From assembly GCA_963681965.1 (NCBI GenBank), contig OY820579.1, forward strand, positions 2,048,001-2,112,000: a stretch of 64,000 nucleotides of DNA, read 5' to 3'. This DNA is from a bacterium. GTDB taxonomy: Bacteria > Electryoneota > JAOADG01. The position numbers and the translations under genes were made by a program. Positions 46,275 to 56,759 of the stretch are shown piece after piece; within the stretch, counting starts at the first letter, position 1; each line of letters starts with the position of its first letter. A model generated the notes under the pieces. That model did not search any database. It was not told where the DNA came from and worked only from the letters and a program-made list of their open reading frames with translations.

Positions 46275-47036
46275 ATGCCCGGGCTATTTTCCGAAGAACT
46301 CCATTTCTGGGATCACATTTCCGAATTACGGAAACGGTTGATTCACGCCCTGCTGGGAGTAGCTGTTACGTCATCGGTCGGTTTGTACTATGCCGACTTA
46401 ATCATGAAATGGCTGACAAAACCGTTTCGCGACAGTGGTATTGCCAACGGGCATCTATCCGTGTTGTCTCCCGTGGAAGCATTTAACGTCTATATCATGG
46501 TCGGAATTTGGGGCGGGGTGATCATCGCACTGCCGTGGGTTTTCTACCAACTGTGGCGTTTTGTGGCACCCGGATTGTATAAAAAAGAGCGGCGAACGGT
46601 AATTTATCTTGTGTTCGCATCGACCTTCTTTTTTCTCGGTGGTGTGGCTTTTTGCTGGTGGCTGCTGCCGCGCGGGATTGCCTTTCTGGCAAGCTTTTCG
46701 ATCGGCAATTCCGAAGTTTTCTGGTCTCTCGATAAATACTTGAGTTTTGTCGTCTTTATGGCGCTTGCTTTTGGAATTTGTTTCCAACTCCCACTTGTGA
46801 TGGCGGTGTTAATTCGGTTGGGATTGGTAAAACCGAAGACTTTTCGCGAATCACGTCGCTTTGCTTACGTTGCGATTGCCGTATTGTCGGCGGCGGTTAC
46901 CCCGACCACCGATATGTTCACGATGTCGGCAATGATGATTCCCCTGATCATTTTATATGAAATTTCGATCGTTTTTGGGGCAATGTGGCAACGAAAAGCC
47001 CAGAAAAAGGATCAGGAAACTGTCCTCTATGGATAA
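46275..47036 (+). CDS. tatC: Twin-arginine translocase TatC
   Basis: HISELRKRL, YQLWRFVAPGLYKKE, FQLP, TPTTD, LYEISI. Confidence 0.95.
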   Translation: MPGLFSEELHFWDHISELRKRLIHALLGVAVTSSVGLYYADLIMKWLTKPFRDSGIANGHLSVLSPVEAFNVYIMVGIWGGVIIALPWVFYQLWRFVAPGLYKKERRTVIYLVFASTFFFLGGVAFCWWLLPRGIAFLASFSIGNSEVFWSLDKYLSFVVFMALAFGICFQLPLVMAVLIRLGLVKPKTFRESRRFAYVAIAVLSAAVTPTTDMFTMSAMMIPLIILYEISIVFGAMWQRKAQKKDQETVLYG

Positions 47037-47253
47037 AGTATAGAACTATTTCTGAAGTGAATTCATCGTTCGAATAGCATCCCTCTGTCGAGATTGCGAG
47101 ACAATATCAAATAGCTAATTTTCTCACGACTTCGATCTTTTCGAGTTTACTTCCAACCAAGGTCATTGTATTTTATACTAAGGCAGACGATTTTCGACCT
47201 GTCGTATCGTCTTCTTCGCAATTCAATGGTCTGAACTAAATCGGAGACCTGCC

Positions 47254-49641
47254 ATGAAAACATCTCTAATACGCTCTGCGTGGTTAGCGTTATTACTCGC
47301 AATCACCGGAATTATCCTTGCGCAACCGATCGAACCGTGGGTCGCGAACAATCAGGATATCCACGATTATCTCTTGAATCTTCAGACCCGGTTCCCTGCC
47401 AATATTCATCTGGATTCGGTCGGACATAGCCAACAATTGAATATGCCGATCTGGATGGCGCGCATTTCGAGCAATGCCACCATCGAGCAGGATAAACCGC
47501 GCATTCTGTTGATCGGTCAGGTACACGCCGAAGAGTATCTTGGCGTCATGCTTAGCCTGCGCCTGGCGGCGGAACTCTGCTCGCTGCAATCGAATACCGC
47601 TCCGGCACGTTATCGCGATTGGCGAAATCAACTGGAAATCTACATCATGCCGACTGCCAATCCCGAAGGTTTGCAAGTCGTGACCAGCAATGACGATCCC
47701 TATTTTCGCAAAAATCAACGTCAATTGATGGGTAATTCACTGCACTATTTCCCCGGTGTCGGAAATGATTCCGATGGCGTCGACATCAATCGCAATTTCC
47801 CGATTAATTGGGAATTCGGCGATACCATCTGGCAAGTAGGTGCGCATCCGAATGAATTATTCGATTACTATCGCGGACCTGCAGCGGCTTCGGAAGCTGA
47901 AACTCAGGCGCTGATGGCGATCAACCTGCGGTTGAGACCGATGTTCGGAATCGTTTATCACTCATCGCAGACCGGATCGTTGTCACAGAAGATATATTAT
48001 CCGTGGGATTGGGAAGCAACCGGTACCGACGTAGTTACCCCCGGTCGGCATAGTCCCGACTATGGCGTGATTAGCGAGGTCTGCAACGATGTCGGTGCCA
48101 ATATGCAGAAGCATACGCACGACGGTTTCTATCAAGCTTCCGGTTATCGTACGCGTAATGGCGCGTTGCAGGATTGGTTCTACCAATCGACTGGATGCAT
48201 CATGATGGAATGTGAAATTGGTCCTGCTGTACGTAATGCGAATCATCCCGATTCCATCACCGCCATCGGTCAGATGAATGACGTGATTGCCGGAAATTAT
48301 GTCTTGTTCAATCGAGCACTGAATACCAATCCAACCGGATCGAGTCTCACTGGTCTCGTCACCGATTCCATTTCGCATTCTCCGATCGAAGGGGTAGAAG
48401 TTCGATTAGTCGAGTTATACGATCCGATACTGGCACCGCGCTTGACCAATAGTGTCGGTCGTTACAATCGTCCGGTGTCACAGGGCTCCTATAATCTGGA
48501 GTTCCGGAAATACGGTTACGCAACCCGACGGATCTCTAATGTGATCGTCGGATCTAATCAACGTCGACCGGTGAGCACCACTTTAGTTGCGCTTCCAACG
48601 TACAATGTGACATTCCAAGTGGTGAATCCGAACAGCGCCGGTTTAGGTGCCAGTGTGATCATCAGCCATCCTGATCGACCCGATGATACTTTACAAACCA
48701 ACCGCTCCGGATTGGCTACTACCCGGCTTGTCGCCGATACCTTCCGCGTAATAGTGAACAACGAATACTATGTGGTTCAGATTCGCTCGATTGTTCCTTC
48801 CTTCGAAGGCGAGACCTTCCAGTTTAGGTTAGTTCCGTATGTAATGAATTATACCGATGGCTTCGAGCAGGGAACCGATTTCTGGACATTTGATACGAAT
48901 GCGAATTGGGGTACCGACGGACAGTCGCATACCGATTTATATGCGCTTGCCGACTCACCAGATGGAACGCCGTTTTACCCTCGACCTGAAGATATGTATC
49001 ATGCGAACACGAATACGACGGCGTTGTGTCTGACGACCATCCCACTGGGATCGGGCGCAACCGATGCCTCGCTATCGTATTGGATCAAAGGATTTCTTGA
49101 ACCGGCACACGATTCCTGCTGGGCGGAAGCATCGATCGATAACGGCGTCAACTGGAGCGTTTGTCCGGGAACAACGATCTCGATGCTGCGATTCGATTGG
49201 CGACGTGTCAATATCTCTTTGCGTCAATTCCTCGGGCATCAAGTACGGTTCCGGATTCGGATGATGACCGATGATAAAATCAATCAGGATGGTATTCATC
49301 TCGACGATATCGATTTGCGCATCGGAAACACAACTTCTGTTGACCTAACGCCGCAGATTCCGGGCGAGTACCGTCTCGCGACACCGTATCCCAATCCGTT
49401 CAACGCAACCTTGCGAATTCCGTACATCGTACCGAAAGCGGGTGAAGTGTCGTTCCGAATCTACGATCTGACCGGACGAACTGTTGCTACTTTCAACACC
49501 CATCCCCGCACTGCCGGTGCGACTTACTACCTGTGGAATGCGTCGAGCGCACTACACGGCGAACCAGCCAGCGGTATTTATTTCATTGAGATGAAGGCGG
49601 GTAGTTATCACGCGGTAAAGAAGGCAATGCTGTTGAAGTAG
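47254..49641 (+). CDS. Secreted M14 zinc carboxypeptidase with regulatory-like beta domains and T9SS/FlgD-type C-terminal domain
   Basis: Signal peptide, HAEE, NPEG, RKN, GVDINRNF, YHS, YPNPFN...SGIYF...KAMLLK. Confidence 0.88.
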   Translation: MKTSLIRSAWLALLLAITGIILAQPIEPWVANNQDIHDYLLNLQTRFPANIHLDSVGHSQQLNMPIWMARISSNATIEQDKPRILLIGQVHAEEYLGVMLSLRLAAELCSLQSNTAPARYRDWRNQLEIYIMPTANPEGLQVVTSNDDPYFRKNQRQLMGNSLHYFPGVGNDSDGVDINRNFPINWEFGDTIWQVGAHPNELFDYYRGPAAASEAETQALMAINLRLRPMFGIVYHSSQTGSLSQKIYYPWDWEATGTDVVTPGRHSPDYGVISEVCNDVGANMQKHTHDGFYQASGYRTRNGALQDWFYQSTGCIMMECEIGPAVRNANHPDSITAIGQMNDVIAGNYVLFNRALNTNPTGSSLTGLVTDSISHSPIEGVEVRLVELYDPILAPRLTNSVGRYNRPVSQGSYNLEFRKYGYATRRISNVIVGSNQRRPVSTTLVALPTYNVTFQVVNPNSAGLGASVIISHPDRPDDTLQTNRSGLATTRLVADTFRVIVNNEYYVVQIRSIVPSFEGETFQFRLVPYVMNYTDGFEQGTDFWTFDTNANWGTDGQSHTDLYALADSPDGTPFYPRPEDMYHANTNTTALCLTTIPLGSGATDASLSYWIKGFLEPAHDSCWAEASIDNGVNWSVCPGTTISMLRFDWRRVNISLRQFLGHQVRFRIRMMTDDKINQDGIHLDDIDLRIGNTTSVDLTPQIPGEYRLATPYPNPFNATLRIPYIVPKAGEVSFRIYDLTGRTVATFNTHPRTAGATYYLWNASSALHGEPASGIYFIEMKAGSYHAVKKAMLLK

Positions 49642-49665
49642 CTACGCTCCGATTTGATAGAATGC

Positions 49666-49695
49666 AAACAGGCGCGATCACTCGCGCCTGTTTTG
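49666..49695 (+). terminator. Rho-independent terminator
   Basis: AAACAGGCGCGA-tcac-TCGCGCCTGTTT-TG. Confidence 0.75.
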
Positions 49696-49730
49696 TTGTT
49701 GTGGATATCGAAAGTTAGTTGTCATCGGTA

Positions 49731-49757
49731 GTAGGGGCGGACCCCCGTGTCCGCCCG
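49731..49757 (+). repeat. GTAG-type REP-like unit
   Basis: GTAG-GGGCGGAC-ccccgt-GTCCGCCC-G; the upstream agttgtcatcggtagt matches 37695 agttgttatcggaagt. Confidence 0.75.
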
Positions 49758-49828
49758 TAGTCAGACGAAGCCTGAAACCGAATCGCGATTTATAAAAATT
49801 CAGGTAATACAATTCTCGATCTTGGATT

Positions 49829-50182
49829 TTATTTCGGTGCCCAAATCGCCATCGGTGTGCCGTCGGGTGTCAGAAACGTTGCCCAAGCGCCCATATTGTT
49901 CGGTAGCGCCTGATATTCTACTAGGATCGTACCACCCAACTCGCGGATCTTTGCAACGGTCGTCGCGATATCGGCGACTTCAATGTAGGTAATGGTTTTC
50001 GTCCCTTCGGGGAGTTCGGTGGTCAACCCGCCACCACTCGCTTTCTCGCCTTCTTCACCATTTGACCAGACCGAATAGTCTTCACCGAACGGTCTAATCT
50101 TCCAATCGAACAGTGTTTCGAAAAATTTTGCCGATTGCGTCAGATCTTTCACTAGAAATTCGGTGTGAATTACGCCATGCAT
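49829..50182 (-). CDS. VOC (glyoxalase/bleomycin resistance) family protein
   Basis: IHTEF..KDL..SAKFF..LFDW, YIEVADI, ELGG, TPDGTPMAIW. Confidence 0.85.
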   Translation of the reverse strand: MHGVIHTEFLVKDLTQSAKFFETLFDWKIRPFGEDYSVWSNGEEGEKASGGGLTTELPEGTKTITYIEVADIATTVAKIRELGGTILVEYQALPNNMGAWATFLTPDGTPMAIWAPK

Positions 50183-50223
50183 TGTTCATTCTCCTATCAA
50201 ATAATCCACATTTAAATTCAATG

Positions 50224-51624
50224 CTATTTCTGAAACCGTTCGGTAAGATCTTTCGCAATGCGCTCTTTCAAACCGCCAAACGCGCCATTGCTGAACATCA
50301 CGATAACGTCGCGATCGCGAACTTCGGCAAGGATACCCGCGATAATTTCGTCGACTTGATCGCACGCGAACGCAGTGGCGCCGCTAGCCATGATATCGCT
50401 TACCAATTGATTCCGGTCTAGTCGATCTGCTTCGGGGATCTTTTCCAAGCGGTGCAATTGATGGATCCAACTGATATCGGCACGGGATAGCGCTTCCGCC
50501 CATTCCAGTTGAAAGAATTTTCGAACCGATGTATTACTGCGAGGATCGAACGCGGCCAGTATTCTGCGATTGGGATAGGTTTTTCGCAAACCGTCGATGG
50601 TGGTCGCAACCGCTGTTGGGTGATGACCGAAATCGTCGATCAGTGTGACTGTACCATCGCACAAAACGTCTGCACGCCTCGCTACGCCTTTGAATGTTCC
50701 CAGACCGGCAACGAACCGGTCGCGCTTCGCATTCGACGCATAAGCCACACCAAGCGCGGCTAGCGCATTCATCAGATTGTGTCGTCCGGAAAGTGGTAAT
50801 TCGAAATCGATCCGGTCGTCGTTCGGCAACACTGCCGTCACCCGCCAACCAGTGGGAGTGCATTCGGCGTGTTCCGTCCAGATATCGCCATCGGTCACTC
50901 CGAACCGAAGCACGTGGCATCGCGCGGTCGCTGCGATCTTATCCAGTCGTTCGTCTTCGGCATTGACAATCAACGTTCCATTTTCCGGAATCGTCAGTAC
51001 CAGTCGGCGGAAAGCCAAATCAATCTCTTCGATATTGGCGAAGATGTCGGCATGATCGAATTCCAGATTCAGCATCACCACGATTTGCGGAACATAATGC
51101 AGAAATTTCGAACGTTTATCGAAAAATGCGGTATCGTACTCATCCCCCTCGATCACAAACCATTTACCGGTACCTGTCCGCGCGTTAATCTCAAAATTCT
51201 TCGGGATACCGCCTACTAGAAATCCAGGATTTTCGCCGGCTTCCTGCATCGCGTGGGCAACGATACTGGTCGTGGTGGTTTTGCCGTGTGTTCCGGTGAT
51301 TACGATCGGATGCCGTTTGCGCAGGATTTCCCAGCGCAGTAGTTCCGCCATTGAACAGTAGCTATCGCGGTGACTAAGCACCGCTTCCAATTCTGGATTA
51401 CCACGCGAGAGCGCGTTACCAATCACCGCTGTATAAGCCCATTTCGGAAGATTAGTGGCAGCAAATGGGGAGGCGATATCAATCTTCTGAGATTCCAGTA
51501 GAGTCGACATCGGGGGATAGATCGCTTCGTCGGATCCCGAGACGGTATGTCCCATCTCTTTCATCAATAGTGCTGCGCCTGCCATCGCGGTACCGGCGAT
51601 GCCTAAAAAATGATAATGGCTCAT
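50224..51624 (-). CDS. mpl: Murein peptide ligase Mpl
   Basis: HFLGIAGTAM, GNALSRGNPE, GTHGKTTT, EGDEYDTAFFDKRSKF, DDFGHHPTA, PRSNT, SNGAFGG. Confidence 0.93.
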   Translation of the reverse strand: MSHYHFLGIAGTAMAGAALLMKEMGHTVSGSDEAIYPPMSTLLESQKIDIASPFAATNLPKWAYTAVIGNALSRGNPELEAVLSHRDSYCSMAELLRWEILRKRHPIVITGTHGKTTTTSIVAHAMQEAGENPGFLVGGIPKNFEINARTGTGKWFVIEGDEYDTAFFDKRSKFLHYVPQIVVMLNLEFDHADIFANIEEIDLAFRRLVLTIPENGTLIVNAEDERLDKIAATARCHVLRFGVTDGDIWTEHAECTPTGWRVTAVLPNDDRIDFELPLSGRHNLMNALAALGVAYASNAKRDRFVAGLGTFKGVARRADVLCDGTVTLIDDFGHHPTAVATTIDGLRKTYPNRRILAAFDPRSNTSVRKFFQLEWAEALSRADISWIHQLHRLEKIPEADRLDRNQLVSDIMASGATAFACDQVDEIIAGILAEVRDRDVIVMFSNGAFGGLKERIAKDLTERFQK

Positions 51625-52418
51625 ACAATTTCACTCGCTTCGTCGATTGCTTCCTGCCATAGCGTACATTCGGCGTTCGGCAATCGCTCGCGACAGACGT
51701 CGAAATATTCTTCATTCATTTCCATACCGATAAAGCAGTGTCCCAAACTCGTCGCGGCGACACCGGTTGTTCCCGAACCCATGAATGGATCGAGTACAAT
51801 CCAAGGTGCAGTATATACTTCACCGAAACCACGCGGCGGAGTCGACTTTCCAATCAGGACTTTGAGGAGGTCTATCGGTTTTTCGGTCGGGTGACGCAAT
51901 TTGACTGAGGCGATTCGCGGCACTTCAATCACATTCGAAATACGAGGTGGTTCGAGGAATCGGCGTCCTTTCGATGCGAAGATGATCCATTCGTCCTGAG
52001 GTGCGTAATCGCCGCGCAAATCGCCGCTGCCGTGATTATCCTTCACCCAGACCAGCGTCCGCTTCATCGTGAAGCCTGCCGCTTTTATCGCATGGAAGAA
52101 ATCCGGGTAAGTATCCCACCGGCAGAAACAGTACATGTGCCGATTGTCTTTCAGTAAATCGTACGCTTTCGCACAAAAACCGGGAATCCAAGATGTATCG
52201 TCGTCGAGTGCAATCCGGTTGTATTTCGGGAGTACTTCGCGGCGATTGGATCGATAATTGATTGCATAGGGAGGATCGGTGACGATGACATCCACCGAAC
52301 TATTGGGTAACGACTCGAGGATTTCTCGATTGTCGCCGAGAAAGATTTTACTCTTCGCTAGTGCTTCGTTCACCAGTTCCGAACTTACTACTTCTGGGAT
52401 GTCCGGTGTTCGTGCCAT
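51621..52418 (-). CDS. Orphan beta-class N6-adenine/N4-cytosine DNA methyltransferase
   Basis: Catalytic TDPPY precedes HPTEKP and SAM-binding LDPFMGSGTT. Confidence 0.88.
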   Translation of the reverse strand: MARTPDIPEVVSSELVNEALAKSKIFLGDNREILESLPNSSVDVIVTDPPYAINYRSNRREVLPKYNRIALDDDTSWIPGFCAKAYDLLKDNRHMYCFCRWDTYPDFFHAIKAAGFTMKRTLVWVKDNHGSGDLRGDYAPQDEWIIFASKGRRFLEPPRISNVIEVPRIASVKLRHPTEKPIDLLKVLIGKSTPPRGFGEVYTAPWIVLDPFMGSGTTGVAATSLGHCFIGMEMNEEYFDVCRERLPNAECTLWQEAIDEASEIV

Positions 52419-53071
52419 TGCTCCAACATTTGGTGAATTTCGCCGATTTGCTGCTCAACTAGTGCCGTCGAGATTGCAGTTGCAGTGGCTGCCAGCGTTT
52501 GCCAAGGGTCGGTAAAGATCGGATCCTGCCAATAACTGCCGGATTGTCCCCCAATGAGCCAAACCGCTGCACCGCCACCCAAGATATACAACACGGGATG
52601 TTCTGCAGTCGCTCCCAAAATCGTTCCGGCGGAGAATGCCTCCGGTGATGACCCGAATTTGATCTTCGCTAGCTCTGCGGTAACTACTCGCAAGCCGCGC
52701 TGCGACTCGCATTGCCAACCTAATTCCACAATCAATGGCTGCCCGGACGGCTTCAATACGACCGGAGCGTCGGTTACGACAACTGCATAATCTTCGTCTA
52801 TAGTGTACGAATCGCGCCTCTCTCCTGTCAAGTGAAATCGCGTCGGTTTGATTTCTCCCGGCGACTGAATCGTGATTTCTTCAGGAAATTCGGGCTTTGG
52901 CAGGCAAATCCGACAATCTTCGACGCCCTCGAGAGGTGTGATCGCATCGGCTAACGGATGAGTCTCAGTCGCAGTTGTTGTGGGAATAGCAATCTTTTCG
53001 CCGGCTTTGGGAAAGTACGGCAGTCGCCATTGCCACGTCCAATTTGAGCGCGCGACAATCAGCCGTTTCAC
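52388..53071 (-). CDS. Hypothetical protein
   Basis: 227-aa ORF overlapping both neighbours in the operon; no motif recognised. Confidence 0.55.
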   Translation of the reverse strand: MKRLIVARSNWTWQWRLPYFPKAGEKIAIPTTTATETHPLADAITPLEGVEDCRICLPKPEFPEEITIQSPGEIKPTRFHLTGERRDSYTIDEDYAVVVTDAPVVLKPSGQPLIVELGWQCESQRGLRVVTAELAKIKFGSSPEAFSAGTILGATAEHPVLYILGGGAAVWLIGGQSGSYWQDPIFTDPWQTLAATATAISTALVEQQIGEIHQMLEQWHEHRTSQK

Positions 53072-54774
53072 GGTTGATCCTCGGTCGAATCCGGCGCCAC
53101 GATCGAGAACCGTTTCGTCAGATTTTGATCGATCATCTTCCGTCCGATCTCTTGGGCATCGCGTTTCCGGGCGAAGTGACCGACGCGCATCCGGATCTTC
53201 CCGTCGCGTTTCAGTTCACGGTAGAGATAAGCCGCAAAACCGTTCTCCTGCAGCATATTCAATTCCTGATTCGCTTGCTTCAGAGTGCTCCGTTCACCTA
53301 AATCGAGTGTGAATTTTAGCGATGGAAGTCGTACCGGTTCCGGCATCGAAGCCTCTGGCGACAATTCCGGTGATGTCGAGATTGTATCTGTCACATACTT
53401 TACTAGCCCGAGTACGCTAAATCCTGCAACCACGACTGCTGCTAAAATCACCAGTGTTACGACCATATTCTTCGCGTTATCGCGCGAGAAACTGAATCGT
53501 TTCGGCGGTTTGCTCGGTCGTTTCGGAACCGGAGCTGCTTCTTCGCGTTGCCGGGTGGCACTGGTATATATCGGTAGCGGTGGCAGCTTCGGAGGGGTAT
53601 ACGAATAGCTGGGTCGAGCCGGTTGCGGCGGCAATTCGAATTTAGTAACTGATGGTAGTCTCGGTTCGATTCGTGGAATCGGTGGAACCTGAATTTCTGG
53701 CTCAGGTGAAGGTGGTTCGGGAATCGGTTCTGGTTCCGGCTCCTTTGCGATTGGTGCTTCAGGCAATTCCAGAGCTTCTTGTACTTCTTCTGTTACTTCT
53801 GATACTTCCGGTTCCGGCAATTCGGCATGATAATCGATTGCAACATCGTGATCGGCAAGTTCATGCGCGATCAGATCGGCGGTGATTTCATGAATCGGCT
53901 CGTCAATCAATTGCGTCGGATGAATCTCTTCTTCAACTACACCAGTTGGTTCCGATGGTAAGAGTATTGGTTCTGGTGCCGGAACGATCGGTTCGGTCGG
54001 CGGTTGGGGAGTTGCTGATGGTGGTGGAACTGGTTCGCGACGTTTACCCTTGGCAATAATCTGCTGCCATTTATCCAAATCGTACTTGAAAACTTTCGAT
54101 GGTGAGACCGTTTGTTCCGCTTCCAATTCCGATTCTGCGTGGGCCGGTGTTGCTGTTGCAGATTCAACTGGTAAAGGTGCCGTAGTTCGATAGCTGGTCG
54201 CTGGAATTGGTGCTGAGGCGATCTTCGCCGGCAAGATAATACTTGCCGGGTCCTCGATGGGCTGCATTGTTACTGGTTGAGTTGCAGGTTCTGTTGGAAC
54301 GCTAGCTGCAATTGGTTCGACCGTAACAACCGGTTCGATTTCCAATTCTGGTGCATGTTCACCCGTCTCGATACTGGTGATACCCAGCATGGCAAACCAG
54401 GCGTCCTGCAGTGGATCGTTCATCACTGCACGATTGGCAGCCGCCGTATACCAGATGTGCCAGAATCCGTTGCATTCCTTGTGCGTCCAGATCGGTAATT
54501 CGCACATGTTCCAAAGTCGCCGGAGCCGCTTTCGCGAAACGTGCATGTTATCGGCGGCTTTCCGGATCCGTTTCGCAAGGAACTGGCTAAGAAACGGAAA
54601 GATCAGGATTCCACCGAGACTGCAGACGACTGGAGTAACAATGGCTTCGATGTACCACCGCATCCCGCCGATCAACCATCCGACCGGTTGAAACGTAATG
54701 AGGAACGTTACAATCCAGCCCAAGACAAAGCGGAGTAGTCTTCGTTCAATCTCTGTGTAGGGAGCGCGACTCAT
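53068..54774 (-). CDS. Membrane protein with long Pro/Glu-rich linker and C-terminal SPOR domain
   Basis: Two N-terminal TMs, PEPEP-rich region, one further TM, then FTLDLG...LQENGFAAY...RMRVGHF. Confidence 0.7.
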   Translation of the reverse strand: MSRAPYTEIERRLLRFVLGWIVTFLITFQPVGWLIGGMRWYIEAIVTPVVCSLGGILIFPFLSQFLAKRIRKAADNMHVSRKRLRRLWNMCELPIWTHKECNGFWHIWYTAAANRAVMNDPLQDAWFAMLGITSIETGEHAPELEIEPVVTVEPIAASVPTEPATQPVTMQPIEDPASIILPAKIASAPIPATSYRTTAPLPVESATATPAHAESELEAEQTVSPSKVFKYDLDKWQQIIAKGKRREPVPPPSATPQPPTEPIVPAPEPILLPSEPTGVVEEEIHPTQLIDEPIHEITADLIAHELADHDVAIDYHAELPEPEVSEVTEEVQEALELPEAPIAKEPEPEPIPEPPSPEPEIQVPPIPRIEPRLPSVTKFELPPQPARPSYSYTPPKLPPLPIYTSATRQREEAAPVPKRPSKPPKRFSFSRDNAKNMVVTLVILAAVVVAGFSVLGLVKYVTDTISTSPELSPEASMPEPVRLPSLKFTLDLGERSTLKQANQELNMLQENGFAAYLYRELKRDGKIRMRVGHFARKRDAQEIGRKMIDQNLTKRFSIVAPDSTEDQP

Positions 54775-56759
54775 GGTGTGCTCCCTTTCGGTGGTGTTGA
54801 AGTTCCTGTCTTGGTTGTATCTGGAGTCGGAACAAGTACTGTGATCGAATCGGTTTCTCCACCACCCATAACAACACGTTTTGCTGTGAAGCCACTGACA
54901 TTGTCGAAATTAGTCGGTTTGCTGGTTGTTCCGTAAGCAGCTTTCATCACTTCGGCGAAAATCGGTCCGCAGACTTCACCGCCTGTCCAACCTTTGCGAT
55001 TCTTTCCGATTAATGGTCGATTGTCGTCATGTCCGATCCAAATTGCAGCGGTGAAATCGGGAGTAAAGCCGATAAACCAAACATCGCGATTGTCATTCGT
55101 CGTTCCCGTTTTGCCTGCCGCCGGTCCAGCGAATCCGGCTCGCCGCACAGTATTACCAGTTCCACCATCGACCACACCGCGCATCATATCGCGCAACATA
55201 AAGATCTTATTCGGTTCGAGACGGCGTTCGATGAGCGGTTTTTGAGTGTAAATCAGTTTACCGTCGAAGTCGCGAATCGTTTTTACGCCATTCACTTCGC
55301 GCCATTCGCCCAGTCGCCGAATTGTGCCATAGGCACCTGCCATTTCCAATGGGGATACTGCTGTTGCGCCTAATGCTAGCGATAATGTCGGATAGAGATT
55401 GGAAACGATACCGCATTGATGAGCAATTCGTACGACTGAATCCGGGGTTGCATCCATAATCAATCGCACTGCCACGGTATTGAGTGATAACTGCAACGCT
55501 TTCTTCAAAACCAGTTTACCGTGATATTTACCATCGTAATTTTGCGGTCGCCAGATCGTGTCGTCGACCGAAATTGCCAGCGAATCGTCGGTCACTTCGT
55601 CACTTGGCAATTTATTATTCACGATCATTGCCGTCAGATAGACAAACGGCTTGAAACTTGATCCCGGCGGTCGATAACCCGATATCGCACGATTGAATTG
55701 GCTTTCGGAATAATCGCGACCGCCAACCATGGCAAGAATCTCATTTGTCCGCGAATCCAACACGACGGCTGCGCCTTGAAGTGGTTCCGTGGTGGAATAT
55801 TCTTTCTGTTTCGGCGGAAGTAGCGTCTTGTCGAGTTCATCTAATTTCTGGCGGAGAATACGTTGGACATCACCTTGCAGACGGAAGTCGAGCGTCGTAT
55901 TGACCTGCAAACCACCAGCGTACAGTAGATCGAGGGAAAGCATCCCTTCCAGACGATCCATCAAATAATCCTGGAAGTACGCAACACCGGTTGCAGCCGG
56001 ATAACTGGCGCTCAGTTTGATCGAATCCGATAGTGCTTGTTGCGCTTCCTGTTCCGATACCATTCCCGCACTGACCATTTCACCCAGAATGTAGCTCATG
56101 CGCTGTTTCGCACGTTCCGGGTAGCGGAATGGATTCAGCCGCGATGGCGCATTCGGCAATCCTGCCAGCATCGCCGCTTCTGCCAGTGAAAGATCCGAGG
56201 CACGTTTCGCAAAGTAGGCTTGCGATGCCGCTTCGACGCCGTACGCACCTAGTCCGAAATATATCGAATTGCAATAACCTTCGAGGATCTTATCCTTCGA
56301 GAACATTTGCTCCAACTGCATCGCAAGGAATACTTCTTTGATCTTGCGATCCCACGTTTGAGCGAAAGTGAAAAAGAGATTTTTTACCAACTGCTGTGTG
56401 ATGGTTGAACCGCTTTGGACGTGCTTCTTAAAGATTCCCATCCGGATCGAGGCGCGGATGATGGCAATCTTATCGATCCCGGCGTGGAGATAGAAATTCT
56501 TGTCTTCGGCAGCCAATACCGCTTTGCGGAAATAGGGGGAGATTTCGTTGAGATGAACCGGAATACGACCGTCGAGTGAACTCAACCGATGCCCATCCTT
56601 GTCGTAGAATTCGGTCGGCTTGATTGCCGTCAACTGGTTTAGATCGTCCGGCAATCGCGGCAAAGTCGAGGTAAGCCATGCCAATCCTACCGTTCCGACA
56701 AGTAGAATCAGAATTATCACAAGTAACGCTATGGTCCGCAATGTCGAGCGGATTCTCAT
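54771..56759 (-). CDS. Class A penicillin-binding protein (PBP1A family)
   Basis: EDKNFY.H.G, GSTITQQLVKN, RKIKE; SSFK, SLN, KTGT; ATG 56759 overlaps the upstream TGA. Confidence 0.93.
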   Translation of the reverse strand: MRIRSTLRTIALLVIILILLVGTVGLAWLTSTLPRLPDDLNQLTAIKPTEFYDKDGHRLSSLDGRIPVHLNEISPYFRKAVLAAEDKNFYLHAGIDKIAIIRASIRMGIFKKHVQSGSTITQQLVKNLFFTFAQTWDRKIKEVFLAMQLEQMFSKDKILEGYCNSIYFGLGAYGVEAASQAYFAKRASDLSLAEAAMLAGLPNAPSRLNPFRYPERAKQRMSYILGEMVSAGMVSEQEAQQALSDSIKLSASYPAATGVAYFQDYLMDRLEGMLSLDLLYAGGLQVNTTLDFRLQGDVQRILRQKLDELDKTLLPPKQKEYSTTEPLQGAAVVLDSRTNEILAMVGGRDYSESQFNRAISGYRPPGSSFKPFVYLTAMIVNNKLPSDEVTDDSLAISVDDTIWRPQNYDGKYHGKLVLKKALQLSLNTVAVRLIMDATPDSVVRIAHQCGIVSNLYPTLSLALGATAVSPLEMAGAYGTIRRLGEWREVNGVKTIRDFDGKLIYTQKPLIERRLEPNKIFMLRDMMRGVVDGGTGNTVRRAGFAGPAAGKTGTTNDNRDVWFIGFTPDFTAAIWIGHDDNRPLIGKNRKGWTGGEVCGPIFAEVMKAAYGTTSKPTNFDNVSGFTAKRVVMGGGETDSITVLVPTPDTTKTGTSTPPKGSTP

